Shown here piece by piece: positions 7,450-15,904 of a DNA stretch of 64,000 bases. Position numbers and translations under genes: made by a program. Numbering within the stretch: the first letter of the stretch is position 1; each line of letters opens with the position of its first letter. Below the pieces are notes generated by a model. The model did not search any database. It had not been told where the DNA came from and saw only the letters and a program-made list of their open reading frames with translations. Source of the DNA: Faecalibacterium sp. UBA1771 (GTDB taxonomy: Bacteria; Bacillota; Clostridia; Oscillospirales; Ruminococcaceae); NCBI GenBank assembly GCA_002315315.1, contig DCGT01000022.1, forward strand, positions 21,122 through 85,121. Direction: 5' to 3'.

Positions 7450-10400
7450 TTACGAGCCCGAAGAGGGTGAAGTAACCTCGATTTCGAGCTTGACCGCGAG
7501 TGAACGGAGCGCATTCTTATCAGCTTCCGTTATCGCTGTCTTGGCGCGCGGGTAAATTGTAATAATGTATCTGCCGGTCGATGTGAGCGTGATAACCTTG
7601 GTGTTCGTATCAGCTCCGGACGCATTCTCAAGAACTTCTTCAAAGCTTGTGTTGCCGCTATCGGTAATTGTCTTCTTGGTATAGACCCACTCAATTCCGT
7701 TAATCGAAATATCGTTCATCTTGACAACTACGTTGACTTCGTTTTCAAAGTCCGTGATAGCCCAACCGTAGTTTCCGTTGTTATTAAGCTTCTCAGAGTT
7801 CGGGAATATCTCGCTGTGAGTACCGTACTCAAGTGTACCGCCGATTGCGAAGCCCGCAGATCCGCCGCCGAAGTTGACCATTAGCGGATTGCCCGTGGTG
7901 GTCAAGCCTGTATCACCGACGTATGTCTTTGCGTCGGGGCTTACCGTTGTCGCATCTACACCGACAGTGGTGGTGTACTTGCAAGAAGCAAGCTTCCAAG
8001 AGCCGAGTGCATCGCCCGACTTCTGAGGCTCGAACATTATCTGGTTGATTGCCTTGACCGACGTGAGCAACAGTGTAAGCTTTGCGGTAGCTCCGTTATC
8101 GAGCGAGCCTTCGTTGAGGAAGTTCGCTATATTGGACACATAGTAAGTTCTTAACTCATCGTTGTTGTCGGTGTAGCAGACTACCATATCAACTGCGGAG
8201 GTTGCCTTGCCATCGGGAGCCGTAACGATCTCCAAATCAAGACCGCTCAGACGGCTGATATCCGCCAAGCCCTCTTCCGCAGAGCCGTTCTTGGAGGTGA
8301 TGTACTGCATCTTAGTTGACAGAGTGACCGAATTGATACTCGAGCCGTTAAACCAGCCCTTTGTTTCGTTTTTGGTCTCGGCATCCTTCTTAATCTGCTC
8401 AACGGCGGATTTCTCAATGGAAACCTTCATAGCCTTGTTGGTAACCAATCCGCCGATGCTGTCGATGTAGTCGACCTTATCTGCTTCGAACGGAATCTTT
8501 ACGGTCATTCCGGCGTAAATCTCATTTATTCCGAGACTGCTGAGATAGACCGTACCTGCAGAGTAGAAGAATGTACTGGTATCGTCGACCATGTGATAGC
8601 GGAATGTAATTCCGACATCGTTGGTAGCATCAATGGCAACCTTATTCCAAGTCGTGCTTGTGGAAACGACGTTTCCGTCATCATCCTTATTTTCGGTTAC
8701 GACCTTACCGGTTTCTTCACCGAAGTAGATGTAGGCGTACTGATGGTAGTAATCCTCGTATTCAACGTCTACCGTATCGTATTTGATTGAGGTTTCTTCT
8801 CCGGCTTTAATTAATGATCCTTCGTCCTCAATGTCAAAGCTGGTAAAGGTACCGTTCTGAATTACCTCACCGTCGCGTACCTGGTTGAGCTGAATGTTGA
8901 GAATCTTGAGATCGACGCTCGAATTAATGTTGACCTCTGTCGGCAGACAGAACTTAGGTGTACTGAACCGAGTCGTGAATACACGGTTTGCAGACGAATA
9001 GTAGAGTCTGACCTTACCTGTCGTGGTGTCGTTGGGGTCATTCTGCAAAGTCTTGTAGCTCGGTCCGGGAACCTGGTTATTGTTGGCGTAAATATCATAG
9101 TATCTGACATTTACGTCAATGTACGAGCCGACGTTGAGAGTATCGGTGTTTCCGGGAACGATGGTCAGAACAAGCTCGTCATGCTCACTGACGTGAACAG
9201 GCTGTTCAATGACTATCTTACCGTCGTTGGCAATAGCATTAATCTTGTTGCCATCGGCGAAGCGAAGAACAACGGACGAATCGGAGGTGCTGCCTACCGA
9301 CACGCTCTTGGGCATCGTCTCGGATGTACTCTGTGTACACAGCTCAAGAACATTTCCGTTTCCGTAGTCGCGTTCGTACTCACCGAAGGTGTCGCCGGCA
9401 GAGCTGTTCTTTTTAAGTCTAAGCGTACCGTCAGTCGCAACCTGTCTTACCGACAGATTCTGTATATTCCAAACTCCTGCATCGGTTTCTGACTCTGCCT
9501 TGCATCTGAATGTAATATCAATCAGCGAGGAAATGTTATTGAACGAAATCTTAAAGCGGTTTACATGGTTCGCTACAAACATATAGCTGGGATCACTGAC
9601 CACCATGCCCTCTGAGTTTCCGCTCGAACGATTTGCGTAAGCCTCGATTTCCACAACGAGGTCGTTAATGTTTTTCTGTCTGATAAGACCCGAAGAATCG
9701 CGGTATCTGATGACGGCGGAATAGGTACCCTTAGGTGCCGCCTTGCTACCTGTCATTAGAGCAAATTCAAGGTCAATGGTATATGTGCTGTCGGTCACGG
9801 GGAATGTTCGTACAATCTGCGACTCCGGTCTGCCGACATAGTCGTCCTCGGCGTCATTGTATTCAATGTCAATCCAACCGACATCACCGATGATATACGA
9901 ATAACTCAATCCGCCCTGCGATGACTTCTTAACGATAATCTCTTTGATTTTCAGTTTATCGAACGATGTTTCCTGGTTGGAAATATCATCGGGCAGAATG
10001 TTTATTGCCGTCAGCTCGCCGTAGTCACCGTTCATATAGATGTAGAAGCTTTCCTCCTGTCCGCTTCGGAATCCGTCGGACAACATCTGCTGATTGGCGT
10101 TTACATAAGAGCTGGTGTACTTCTTGCCGTCCTTATCAAAGACAAGCTGGAAGTAGAATTGGTTGGTGGAACCGGTATCACCCATGGTCAGCGAGCTGTA
10201 AGCCTCTGAATCAACCTGAACCATAACATTATAGGTTACTCTGACCTTTGTAAGACCGTAGTTTACCTTAGCCTCGTCATAAGTCAGCTTGCGAACCTCA
10301 ATAATCTTGTTTTCGTCAACCTTGATTGTAGGCTCGGTTTCGGTGCCTTCACTGGTGTTGAACGAGAGCGAAACAGTATTGCCGGGCTGTACAAGGTAGC

Positions 10401-12921
10401 CCTTGGTATCGTCACCGAATGTAAACTTGGAGCTCTCATCAAACTCCATATTTACACGCTCGATGTATCTGTCAAGATAGCTGGCATTGGTACCTTCTCC
10501 CACTTTGATCCAGTCATTGCTGTTGCAGGAATAGTAGGTTTTCAGATCACCCATATCGGTAATCCTTTTAATCTCAACCTTTGTGAACTGATACTCGTCG
10601 TTGTTAAGAGCATCCTCCATGTGTATTTCCATACCGGTGAATTTTTTAACATCGGCAGCTGAGATTATAAAACTGATTGTCAGACCGCTTCTTGCGTACC
10701 AACGAAGTCCGCCGTAATACAGAGGACTGAGAGCAAGCTCGGACTCGGTCAAATACACACTGGCGGCAAGCTGAGACCCTGCGGGAACATCCTCTTCACC
10801 GAGTTTCGACACTGTGATCTTATACGGATCAATTCCAAATAACTTGTAAAACGGGTCGAGGGTCTTAAGAGCGGTAAAATAAGCTGCAGTTTCGGGAGAT
10901 ACCTGCAATCCATTTATATATGTTGACGTAACTACTTCAGGATCGTTATAGTCAAAGGTCTGACGAATCTTGGAAACATAGTCGCTATCGTCAAAAAGAA
11001 GATTCTCATCACGACCTGTATAGAATATCTCTTCATAAAGCTCTTTATATTTAAACGCAACATTACTTGCAAATTTGGTCTTATACCACTCGGCACGGTG
11101 AGCGTCGATCGAAGGCCAATAACCGTAGTTTTCGATAAGAGCCTCAATAAGATCTATTTTACCGGTTTCTACAATATATCCGTTGTTGTTTTCATAAGAA
11201 ATGTTAACATCCATTCTATTGACAGTACCTGCCTGGTCAATGGAATCGGTAGTAATTGAGACCAAATAGCTGTTTTCATCGCAGTCGGGGAGCAAATCCG
11301 CACTGCCGTTAGCGGGGTATTGTCTTATCTGGTCACTTCCCACCAAGTCAATTTGGTTATCAACCGAAAGAACCGTACCGTCGAAGGACTCCGATTTGTA
11401 GTAATAAAGCGGCGTGGTCGATGCATTTACTACTATTTCACGATTATAACCATCTACACTTACCGTCACACTACTCGGATCGTCTATTTTGCTTATGCTT
11501 ATTCCGGCGATTGAAATTGAGTCGCTGGTTCCCTCCGAGACATTGACTCTGTCAGTTACCGTTCCCAAACCGTTGAAGGTCGTCTGGCTGCTTTTTACAC
11601 GCTTGGTCTTAGCACTCACTCCGAAGCCGTTCTCCACTGTATTCATAATGACCGTGTTGCCATACATAACGAGAATCTCGGCAACCGAAACGAAATTCGG
11701 AAGGTTTACCGGGAATTTCAAGCTGTCTCCGCGCTGAGCAACCCAGGCAACAGAGTCCAAAATACTCTTGCCTGACGCTGCATCATCATATTTTTCCATC
11801 GCCCACGAGATATAACTCGTCGTGACGGGAATTAATACTCGCCGGTAAATTCCTTCGGTGTCTAAATATACCAGTACTGCGGCAAGCGACTCGGTATAAT
11901 CATTGCCGGTCAGTGAAGCACTGAGGAATGGATAAGAACCGAACAATGTGGTCATTGTCTCGATACCGCCGCCCAAAACATCGGCAATATCAAGCTCGAA
12001 CATATAGTTCTCTTCGGAGTTATTTGAAGAATAATTTACCGCATTGTTATAATCCGTTTCATTCTTATAACGCTTATAGGTAATATATCCGTCTGTATGG
12101 TCGGAACCCCATCTGGCATTGTAGTTTGAACTATTGGGGTAAACTATGAGCATCTGTCTGTCTGAGGTACCACCCTGCGGTATTTTTTGATTTGTATTAC
12201 CGAACGGGTTACCGAAGGTAATTACCGTTCCGGCGCCTTCAAGACTGAGAGTGATAAAACCCGTCACCGGAGCCGACTCGGCAATCTTGGTACCTTCAAA
12301 ATCAAGATAGGTGCTCGGAGATATGTAGCCGTACATTCCGCTTCCGTTAATTTTGGAAACCTTGTAGAGTCTGAACGACTTCAAATCCCAGTTACCGGTA
12401 CTAGTGGCACCGTGCATCTGTATAGACTGTATCTGACCGATTTCATAGAACAGGTTCAAAACATAGGTATCGGTACTCATTGAAGTCAAGGCATCCGAAG
12501 AAAGCTTCCACGAAGAAACGTCGAATCCGAGCTTTTTTGCATTTTGAACCTTCACATTATTTGTACTTACAACTGTGTATCTTGTCGAAAGGTTTAACTG
12601 TTCCTGCGGGAACACTGCCTGTGTTCTCGGTCTGCCGTCCACATCGTAATAGTCTATTGTAATAAAGGAAACGATGTTTGAGCCGTTGTTGCTGCCGGTA
12701 GTAACCTCGAGAACGTATGTTTGATTAAACGCACTCTCCTGTTTGGTGGTATTAAGGATATTCGTAAATCCGTTTCTGATGTTACCGACAGCGTTTTTCA
12801 CCGCAGGCACAACCTCTGCCGCCGCCGTGAAAACGCCGCACTGCGAAATAATCAGCAACGCAAACATCAGCGACAGAAGCTTTTTTGCTATTCTGTTCTT
12901 TTTTTCAGAGCGATGGAACAT
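7450..12921 (-). CDS. Giant secreted protein (1823 aa) built from divergent PLAT/LH2-like beta-sandwich modules; no cell-wall or membrane anchor
   Basis: One uninterrupted 5.5-kb ORF with an AAGGAG RBS and a signal peptide (LLSLMFALLIISQCGVFTAAAEV). At least six ~90-120-aa modules begin Y/L-x-L/V-x-I/V-x-T..G and end W/hydrophobic-x-L/I-x-x-hydrophobic-x-hydrophobic. Examples are YVLEVTTGSNNGSNIVSFITIDYYDVDG...GNWDLKSFRLYKV, YTIDLEFALMTG...GVWNIQNLSVRQV and LDLEIVTAPDGKATSAVDMVVCYTD...GSWKLASCKYTT. The C-terminus (...EIEVTSPSSGS) has no LPXTG and no TM helix. Confidence 0.7.
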   Translation of the reverse strand: MFHRSEKKNRIAKKLLSLMFALLIISQCGVFTAAAEVVPAVKNAVGNIRNGFTNILNTTKQESAFNQTYVLEVTTGSNNGSNIVSFITIDYYDVDGRPRTQAVFPQEQLNLSTRYTVVSTNNVKVQNAKKLGFDVSSWKLSSDALTSMSTDTYVLNLFYEIGQIQSIQMHGATSTGNWDLKSFRLYKVSKINGSGMYGYISPSTYLDFEGTKIAESAPVTGFITLSLEGAGTVITFGNPFGNTNQKIPQGGTSDRQMLIVYPNSSNYNARWGSDHTDGYITYKRYKNETDYNNAVNYSSNNSEENYMFELDIADVLGGGIETMTTLFGSYPFLSASLTGNDYTESLAAVLVYLDTEGIYRRVLIPVTTSYISWAMEKYDDAASGKSILDSVAWVAQRGDSLKFPVNLPNFVSVAEILVMYGNTVIMNTVENGFGVSAKTKRVKSSQTTFNGLGTVTDRVNVSEGTSDSISIAGISISKIDDPSSVTVSVDGYNREIVVNASTTPLYYYKSESFDGTVLSVDNQIDLVGSDQIRQYPANGSADLLPDCDENSYLVSITTDSIDQAGTVNRMDVNISYENNNGYIVETGKIDLIEALIENYGYWPSIDAHRAEWYKTKFASNVAFKYKELYEEIFYTGRDENLLFDDSDYVSKIRQTFDYNDPEVVTSTYINGLQVSPETAAYFTALKTLDPFYKLFGIDPYKITVSKLGEEDVPAGSQLAASVYLTESELALSPLYYGGLRWYARSGLTISFIISAADVKKFTGMEIHMEDALNNDEYQFTKVEIKRITDMGDLKTYYSCNSNDWIKVGEGTNASYLDRYIERVNMEFDESSKFTFGDDTKGYLVQPGNTVSLSFNTSEGTETEPTIKVDENKIIEVRKLTYDEAKVNYGLTKVRVTYNVMVQVDSEAYSSLTMGDTGSTNQFYFQLVFDKDGKKYTSSYVNANQQMLSDGFRSGQEESFYIYMNGDYGELTAINILPDDISNQETSFDKLKIKEIIVKKSSQGGLSYSYIIGDVGWIDIEYNDAEDDYVGRPESQIVRTFPVTDSTYTIDLEFALMTGSKAAPKGTYSAVIRYRDSSGLIRQKNINDLVVEIEAYANRSSGNSEGMVVSDPSYMFVANHVNRFKISFNNISSLIDITFRCKAESETDAGVWNIQNLSVRQVATDGTLRLKKNSSAGDTFGEYERDYGNGNVLELCTQSTSETMPKSVSVGSTSDSSVVLRFADGNKINAIANDGKIVIEQPVHVSEHDELVLTIVPGNTDTLNVGSYIDVNVRYYDIYANNNQVPGPSYKTLQNDPNDTTTGKVRLYYSSANRVFTTRFSTPKFCLPTEVNINSSVDLKILNIQLNQVRDGEVIQNGTFTSFDIEDEGSLIKAGEETSIKYDTVDVEYEDYYHQYAYIYFGEETGKVVTENKDDDGNVVSTSTTWNKVAIDATNDVGITFRYHMVDDTSTFFYSAGTVYLSSLGINEIYAGMTVKIPFEADKVDYIDSIGGLVTNKAMKVSIEKSAVEQIKKDAETKNETKGWFNGSSINSVTLSTKMQYITSKNGSAEEGLADISRLSGLDLEIVTAPDGKATSAVDMVVCYTDNNDELRTYYVSNIANFLNEGSLDNGATAKLTLLLTSVKAINQIMFEPQKSGDALGSWKLASCKYTTTVGVDATTVSPDAKTYVGDTGLTTTGNPLMVNFGGGSAGFAIGGTLEYGTHSEIFPNSEKLNNNGNYGWAITDFENEVNVVVKMNDISINGIEWVYTKKTITDSGNTSFEEVLENASGADTNTKVITLTSTGRYIITIYPRAKTAITEADKNALRSLAVKLEIEVTSPSSGS

Positions 12922-12981
12922 TGATATTCTCCTTGGTGCAGAATTTCGGTTGTGTCTTAAATCGAACTTATAACCGATAAA

Positions 12982-14988
12982 TTATGCTATGTCCTCGTCG
13001 TTATCCTCCGAATCGCCGAGCACGATGGCATTTCTTGCCTCGATATCGTAATACGATTCCTCGGCGTTGAACACGTTGCTTGAAATATCATCCATGTTCA
13101 TCTTACCGAATTGGTAGAAAGGACATTTGTAGGAAGGCGTATATTTTGTCTTTAGCGGGAAGTTACCGAATGTAACGATAATTGCGTTTCCGGTAGATTC
13201 CTTGTTGTTCAGCTTCTGCAGCTCACTCGGATAGATAAGCGGGCGCGTCTGGACCTGTGACGACATACTCAAATCGCCTTCCTTACTGCCGACCTGAGTA
13301 GATGTGGATGTTGTGCGGACCGATTTATTGCCGCACAGCTCACTGAATTCCTTGCAGGTACCTATATCGTTAGAGCCGATGAACATTTTCATACCGCAGT
13401 TGGACTTTACGATATCTGCAACGGTTTCACCGTAAACGTTGTTGAGCTGCGAATAGCTCTGTACAACCATATTGAACCAAATTTTTCTGGAACGTCCGAC
13501 TGTAATCATCTGACCGAACTTTTCAATTCGCGGCATATTGCCGAACTCGTCCATAATAAAGTAGACGTTTCTGGGCAGCGACAAATCCTCACGAGCGGAC
13601 GCAACCTTGATAAGAGCCTTGTATATGCTCAGTATAAACAGAGCTGCAAGTCCGTGACGGGTATCCTTTTCATCCGGAATCTTGAGGAACATCGCCGTAG
13701 GACGCTCTGCAAACTGCGAAGCGTGAATATCGGTCGCACTGGTCAGACCGCAAAGACCGCGGTCGTTGAACAGCGAGAGCTTGTCGAAGGTAATCGACAT
13801 ATAAGACGACATTGTCTGCTCGGCGGCGGCGAGAACCTGTCTCGACATAGAGACCGCCTGCGACAGCTTGTCACGTCCCTTAAAGAAGTCTTTAAGCACG
13901 GCGTAGTCATTGTCACTGTTGGTGAGTATTTTATTTAAACTGAAGAAATTGAACTTTTCCTTCGTCATATTAAGCTCGGGATTGGCACTATCCTCAAGCA
14001 TGGCGAGGCACGTTGCCATGACGATGGAGCGGGCACCCTTTTCCCACAGCGGGTCTTTATCGTTAGTAATAGGACAAATTCCCGCGATAAGGTCGTTCAA
14101 GTCTTCGTACATTTCATCGTAAATCTTTTGCTTTGCAACACTTATGTCGCTTTTACATTTCGGCAGGTCGGCATAAGCCTTGCCGCCCCATTCAACCCAC
14201 GGATCGCCGAATCCTGCAGGCTCACCCATTACCTTTAATTCGGGGTAATCGGACATATTGTCTCGGTGAATTTTCATTCCCTTATCGGCGGCGAGATATT
14301 CCTGATAGGCATCCCAAATACCGTCGAGGGGATTCCAGCGCGACGACTGGTAGGTATCTCTCAAGTCGAGAACGAGTACATCGTATCCGCGCGACTTTAA
14401 GAAAGCGGAGTGAAGGTCGAAAAGCTCGCCCTTCGGGTCGGTGCATATCATAGAGCTTCCGCAGTTGGTAGCACCGAGTAGCTGAATCATCGGATTAATA
14501 AAAGTGGTCGTTTTACCGGAGCCGGTAGCACCGATTATGAGTGAATGCGCTCCCGAAAGGAAGTTTACATCGAGCTTGCCCTTTTTGTCCAAGACGGCAC
14601 GGACCGGAACTCCGTCATTCTTACATTCGGTCAAGGTCTCATAATATGCGTGCGGGAAATATTTTTCTCTTTCCTTATCGGTAAGGAATCGACTGTTCTC
14701 AAGCACACTGTCAACGTCGTCGTCTTTTCCGCCCTTGAGAAGCTCAAAGCCGTTTGTTTTGAACAGACCGTTGCCAAGTCCGAAGACAAGCGCGAATACC
14801 ACGAAAAAGATGCCGCCGATAATCAACGTCATGGGATCGATAACCGAGTGCCAGTCAAATTTTACCTTTTCGTTCAGAATAAACGCGTCGGCATTGTCTA
14901 TGAGAAATGTCAGCAACGTTCCCACAATCCATGATGCAACGAGTGCAAACGTAACGAATATCAATACTTTTTTTGTTTTTTTGTTCAT
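12982..14988 (-). CDS. virD4: Type IV coupling protein (VirD4/TraG family ATPase), 668 aa
   Basis: Two N-terminal TM helices, Walker A GATGSGKTT, TDPKGEL, and a Walker B region VYFIMDEFGNMPRI. A T4CP-type C-terminal block is present: GRSRKIWFNMVVQSYSQLNNVYGETVADIVKSNCGMKMFIGSND. Confidence 0.85.
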   Translation of the reverse strand: MNKKTKKVLIFVTFALVASWIVGTLLTFLIDNADAFILNEKVKFDWHSVIDPMTLIIGGIFFVVFALVFGLGNGLFKTNGFELLKGGKDDDVDSVLENSRFLTDKEREKYFPHAYYETLTECKNDGVPVRAVLDKKGKLDVNFLSGAHSLIIGATGSGKTTTFINPMIQLLGATNCGSSMICTDPKGELFDLHSAFLKSRGYDVLVLDLRDTYQSSRWNPLDGIWDAYQEYLAADKGMKIHRDNMSDYPELKVMGEPAGFGDPWVEWGGKAYADLPKCKSDISVAKQKIYDEMYEDLNDLIAGICPITNDKDPLWEKGARSIVMATCLAMLEDSANPELNMTKEKFNFFSLNKILTNSDNDYAVLKDFFKGRDKLSQAVSMSRQVLAAAEQTMSSYMSITFDKLSLFNDRGLCGLTSATDIHASQFAERPTAMFLKIPDEKDTRHGLAALFILSIYKALIKVASAREDLSLPRNVYFIMDEFGNMPRIEKFGQMITVGRSRKIWFNMVVQSYSQLNNVYGETVADIVKSNCGMKMFIGSNDIGTCKEFSELCGNKSVRTTSTSTQVGSKEGDLSMSSQVQTRPLIYPSELQKLNNKESTGNAIIVTFGNFPLKTKYTPSYKCPFYQFGKMNMDDISSNVFNAEESYYDIEARNAIVLGDSEDNDEDIA

Positions 14989-15038
14989 AACAGCCGTTCC
15001 CCCATTTGAATTATTCGGTCTGCCCTAAGCTTTTTCGG

Positions 15039-15083
15039 CGGAATCCCGAATTAAACCGTCATATTCGGCAATTCGGGATTCCG
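15039..15083 (-). promoter_or_regulatory. 14-bp perfect stem-loop between the pilin-like gene and virD4
   Basis: cggaatcccgaatt-(17 nt)-aattcgggattccg sits in the 147-nt pilin-virD4 gap. There is no strong U-run after it on the minus strand. It may be a partial terminator or an RNA-stabilising hairpin. Confidence 0.5.
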
Positions 15084-15135
15084 AAAATTTTAATCGGGTC
15101 TCACTGACAAACCGTCCGATACATCAAAGCCGGAA

Positions 15136-15489
15136 TCAGGTTGTGGCGTTGGTTACCACGTACTTGTTTACCCACTCATTGAGGATAGGCATAAGCATCT
15201 TAAGGGCGAGCATAAGAACGAAGATAAGTACAAATCCGATGATGGCACTCTTGAGGTGCTGCTTTGCTTTTTCGCGTTCCTGCGGTTCCTCTGCTTTTGC
15301 ATACTTTACGCCGAGAATGATGCAGAACAGCGAGCCGAGTGCGCCGACAATGGCAAGCGCCGGAGTGACAAGGCTGTTGATAAGATCAACAATAGGCTTA
15401 TACATTTTCTCGAAATTGACTGAACCGCTGTCGGCTGTAAGGATCCTCGATGCGGAAGCAACCATAGTGCTGATGGTCGTGAATTTCAT
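15136..15489 (-). CDS. VirB2/TrbC-like pilin-type small membrane protein (118 aa), first gene of the T4SS operon
   Basis: The ATG at 15489 has AGGAGG 6 nt upstream, and the longer track ORF to 15567 lacks an RBS. Topology is an N-terminal leader, TM1 (LVTPALAIVGALGSLFCIILGV), a short charged loop (KYAKAEEPQEREKAKQHLKS) and TM2 (AIIGFVLIFVLMLALKMLMPIL). That is the VirB2/TrbC hairpin layout. Confidence 0.6.
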   Translation of the reverse strand: MKFTTISTMVASASRILTADSGSVNFEKMYKPIVDLINSLVTPALAIVGALGSLFCIILGVKYAKAEEPQEREKAKQHLKSAIIGFVLIFVLMLALKMLMPILNEWVNKYVVTNATT

Positions 15490-15595
15490 ATTTTCCTCCT
15501 GAATTACTTTTGCTTTTTTATTAGTACCGATTCCCGCAGCGTCCGTGTACCGCGTCAATCGGGACAATACATTTTGGCAATTGAATCTTATGTGT

Positions 15596-15622
15596 ATTAT
15601 AATATCACATTGTCGTTGTCAT
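15596..15622 (-). promoter_or_regulatory. Weak candidate sigma-A-type promoter for the T4SS operon
   Basis: The minus strand reads ATGACA-15 nt-TATAAT about 105 nt upstream of the pilin ATG. The spacer is too short and several other AT-rich -10-like boxes exist in 15570-15900, so the real promoter is unresolved. Confidence 0.25.
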
Positions 15623-15655
15623 TTCCACAGTTTTTACAAATTAAATTGTTAATAT

Positions 15656-15684
15656 TTGTTCATATTTTATCAAACTATGAACAA
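15656..15684. promoter_or_regulatory. Perfect 9-bp inverted repeat TTGTTCATA-N11-TATGAACAA (candidate operator)
   Basis: Read directly in the AT-rich divergent intergenic region between the T4SS operon and the DUF5684-like gene. Confidence 0.35.
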
Positions 15685-15830
15685 GCTTTGCCAAGACTCG
15701 GAAAAACATAACATATTGAATTTTTTACACTTATTTTGTAGTATTTTATCACATCTCAGCGGATATTTCTACATCGTTTTTATATAATAATTCACAAAAA
15801 CATATACAAAATTCGATATACGATATAATA

Positions 15831-15859
15831 TGGTAAAATTCAAAAGCTCATGTTATAAT
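15831..15859 (+). promoter_or_regulatory. Candidate extended -10 promoter (TGTTATAAT) for the DUF5684-like gene
   Basis: TGnTATAAT at 15851-15859, with a weak -35 (TGGTAA) 17 nt upstream. Confidence 0.4.
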
Positions 15860-15904
15860 ATTCGTATATCTCTTAAAGGTCGGTGATTTATACTGAAAGA
15901 GTTA

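Noticed and set aside
14984-14992. A second copy of the TTGTTCATA half-site seen in the 15656-15684 palindrome
   Set aside because: It is simply the reverse complement of the virD4 start (ATG AAC AA = Met-Asn-Lys). It is a single half-site and most likely coincidence.
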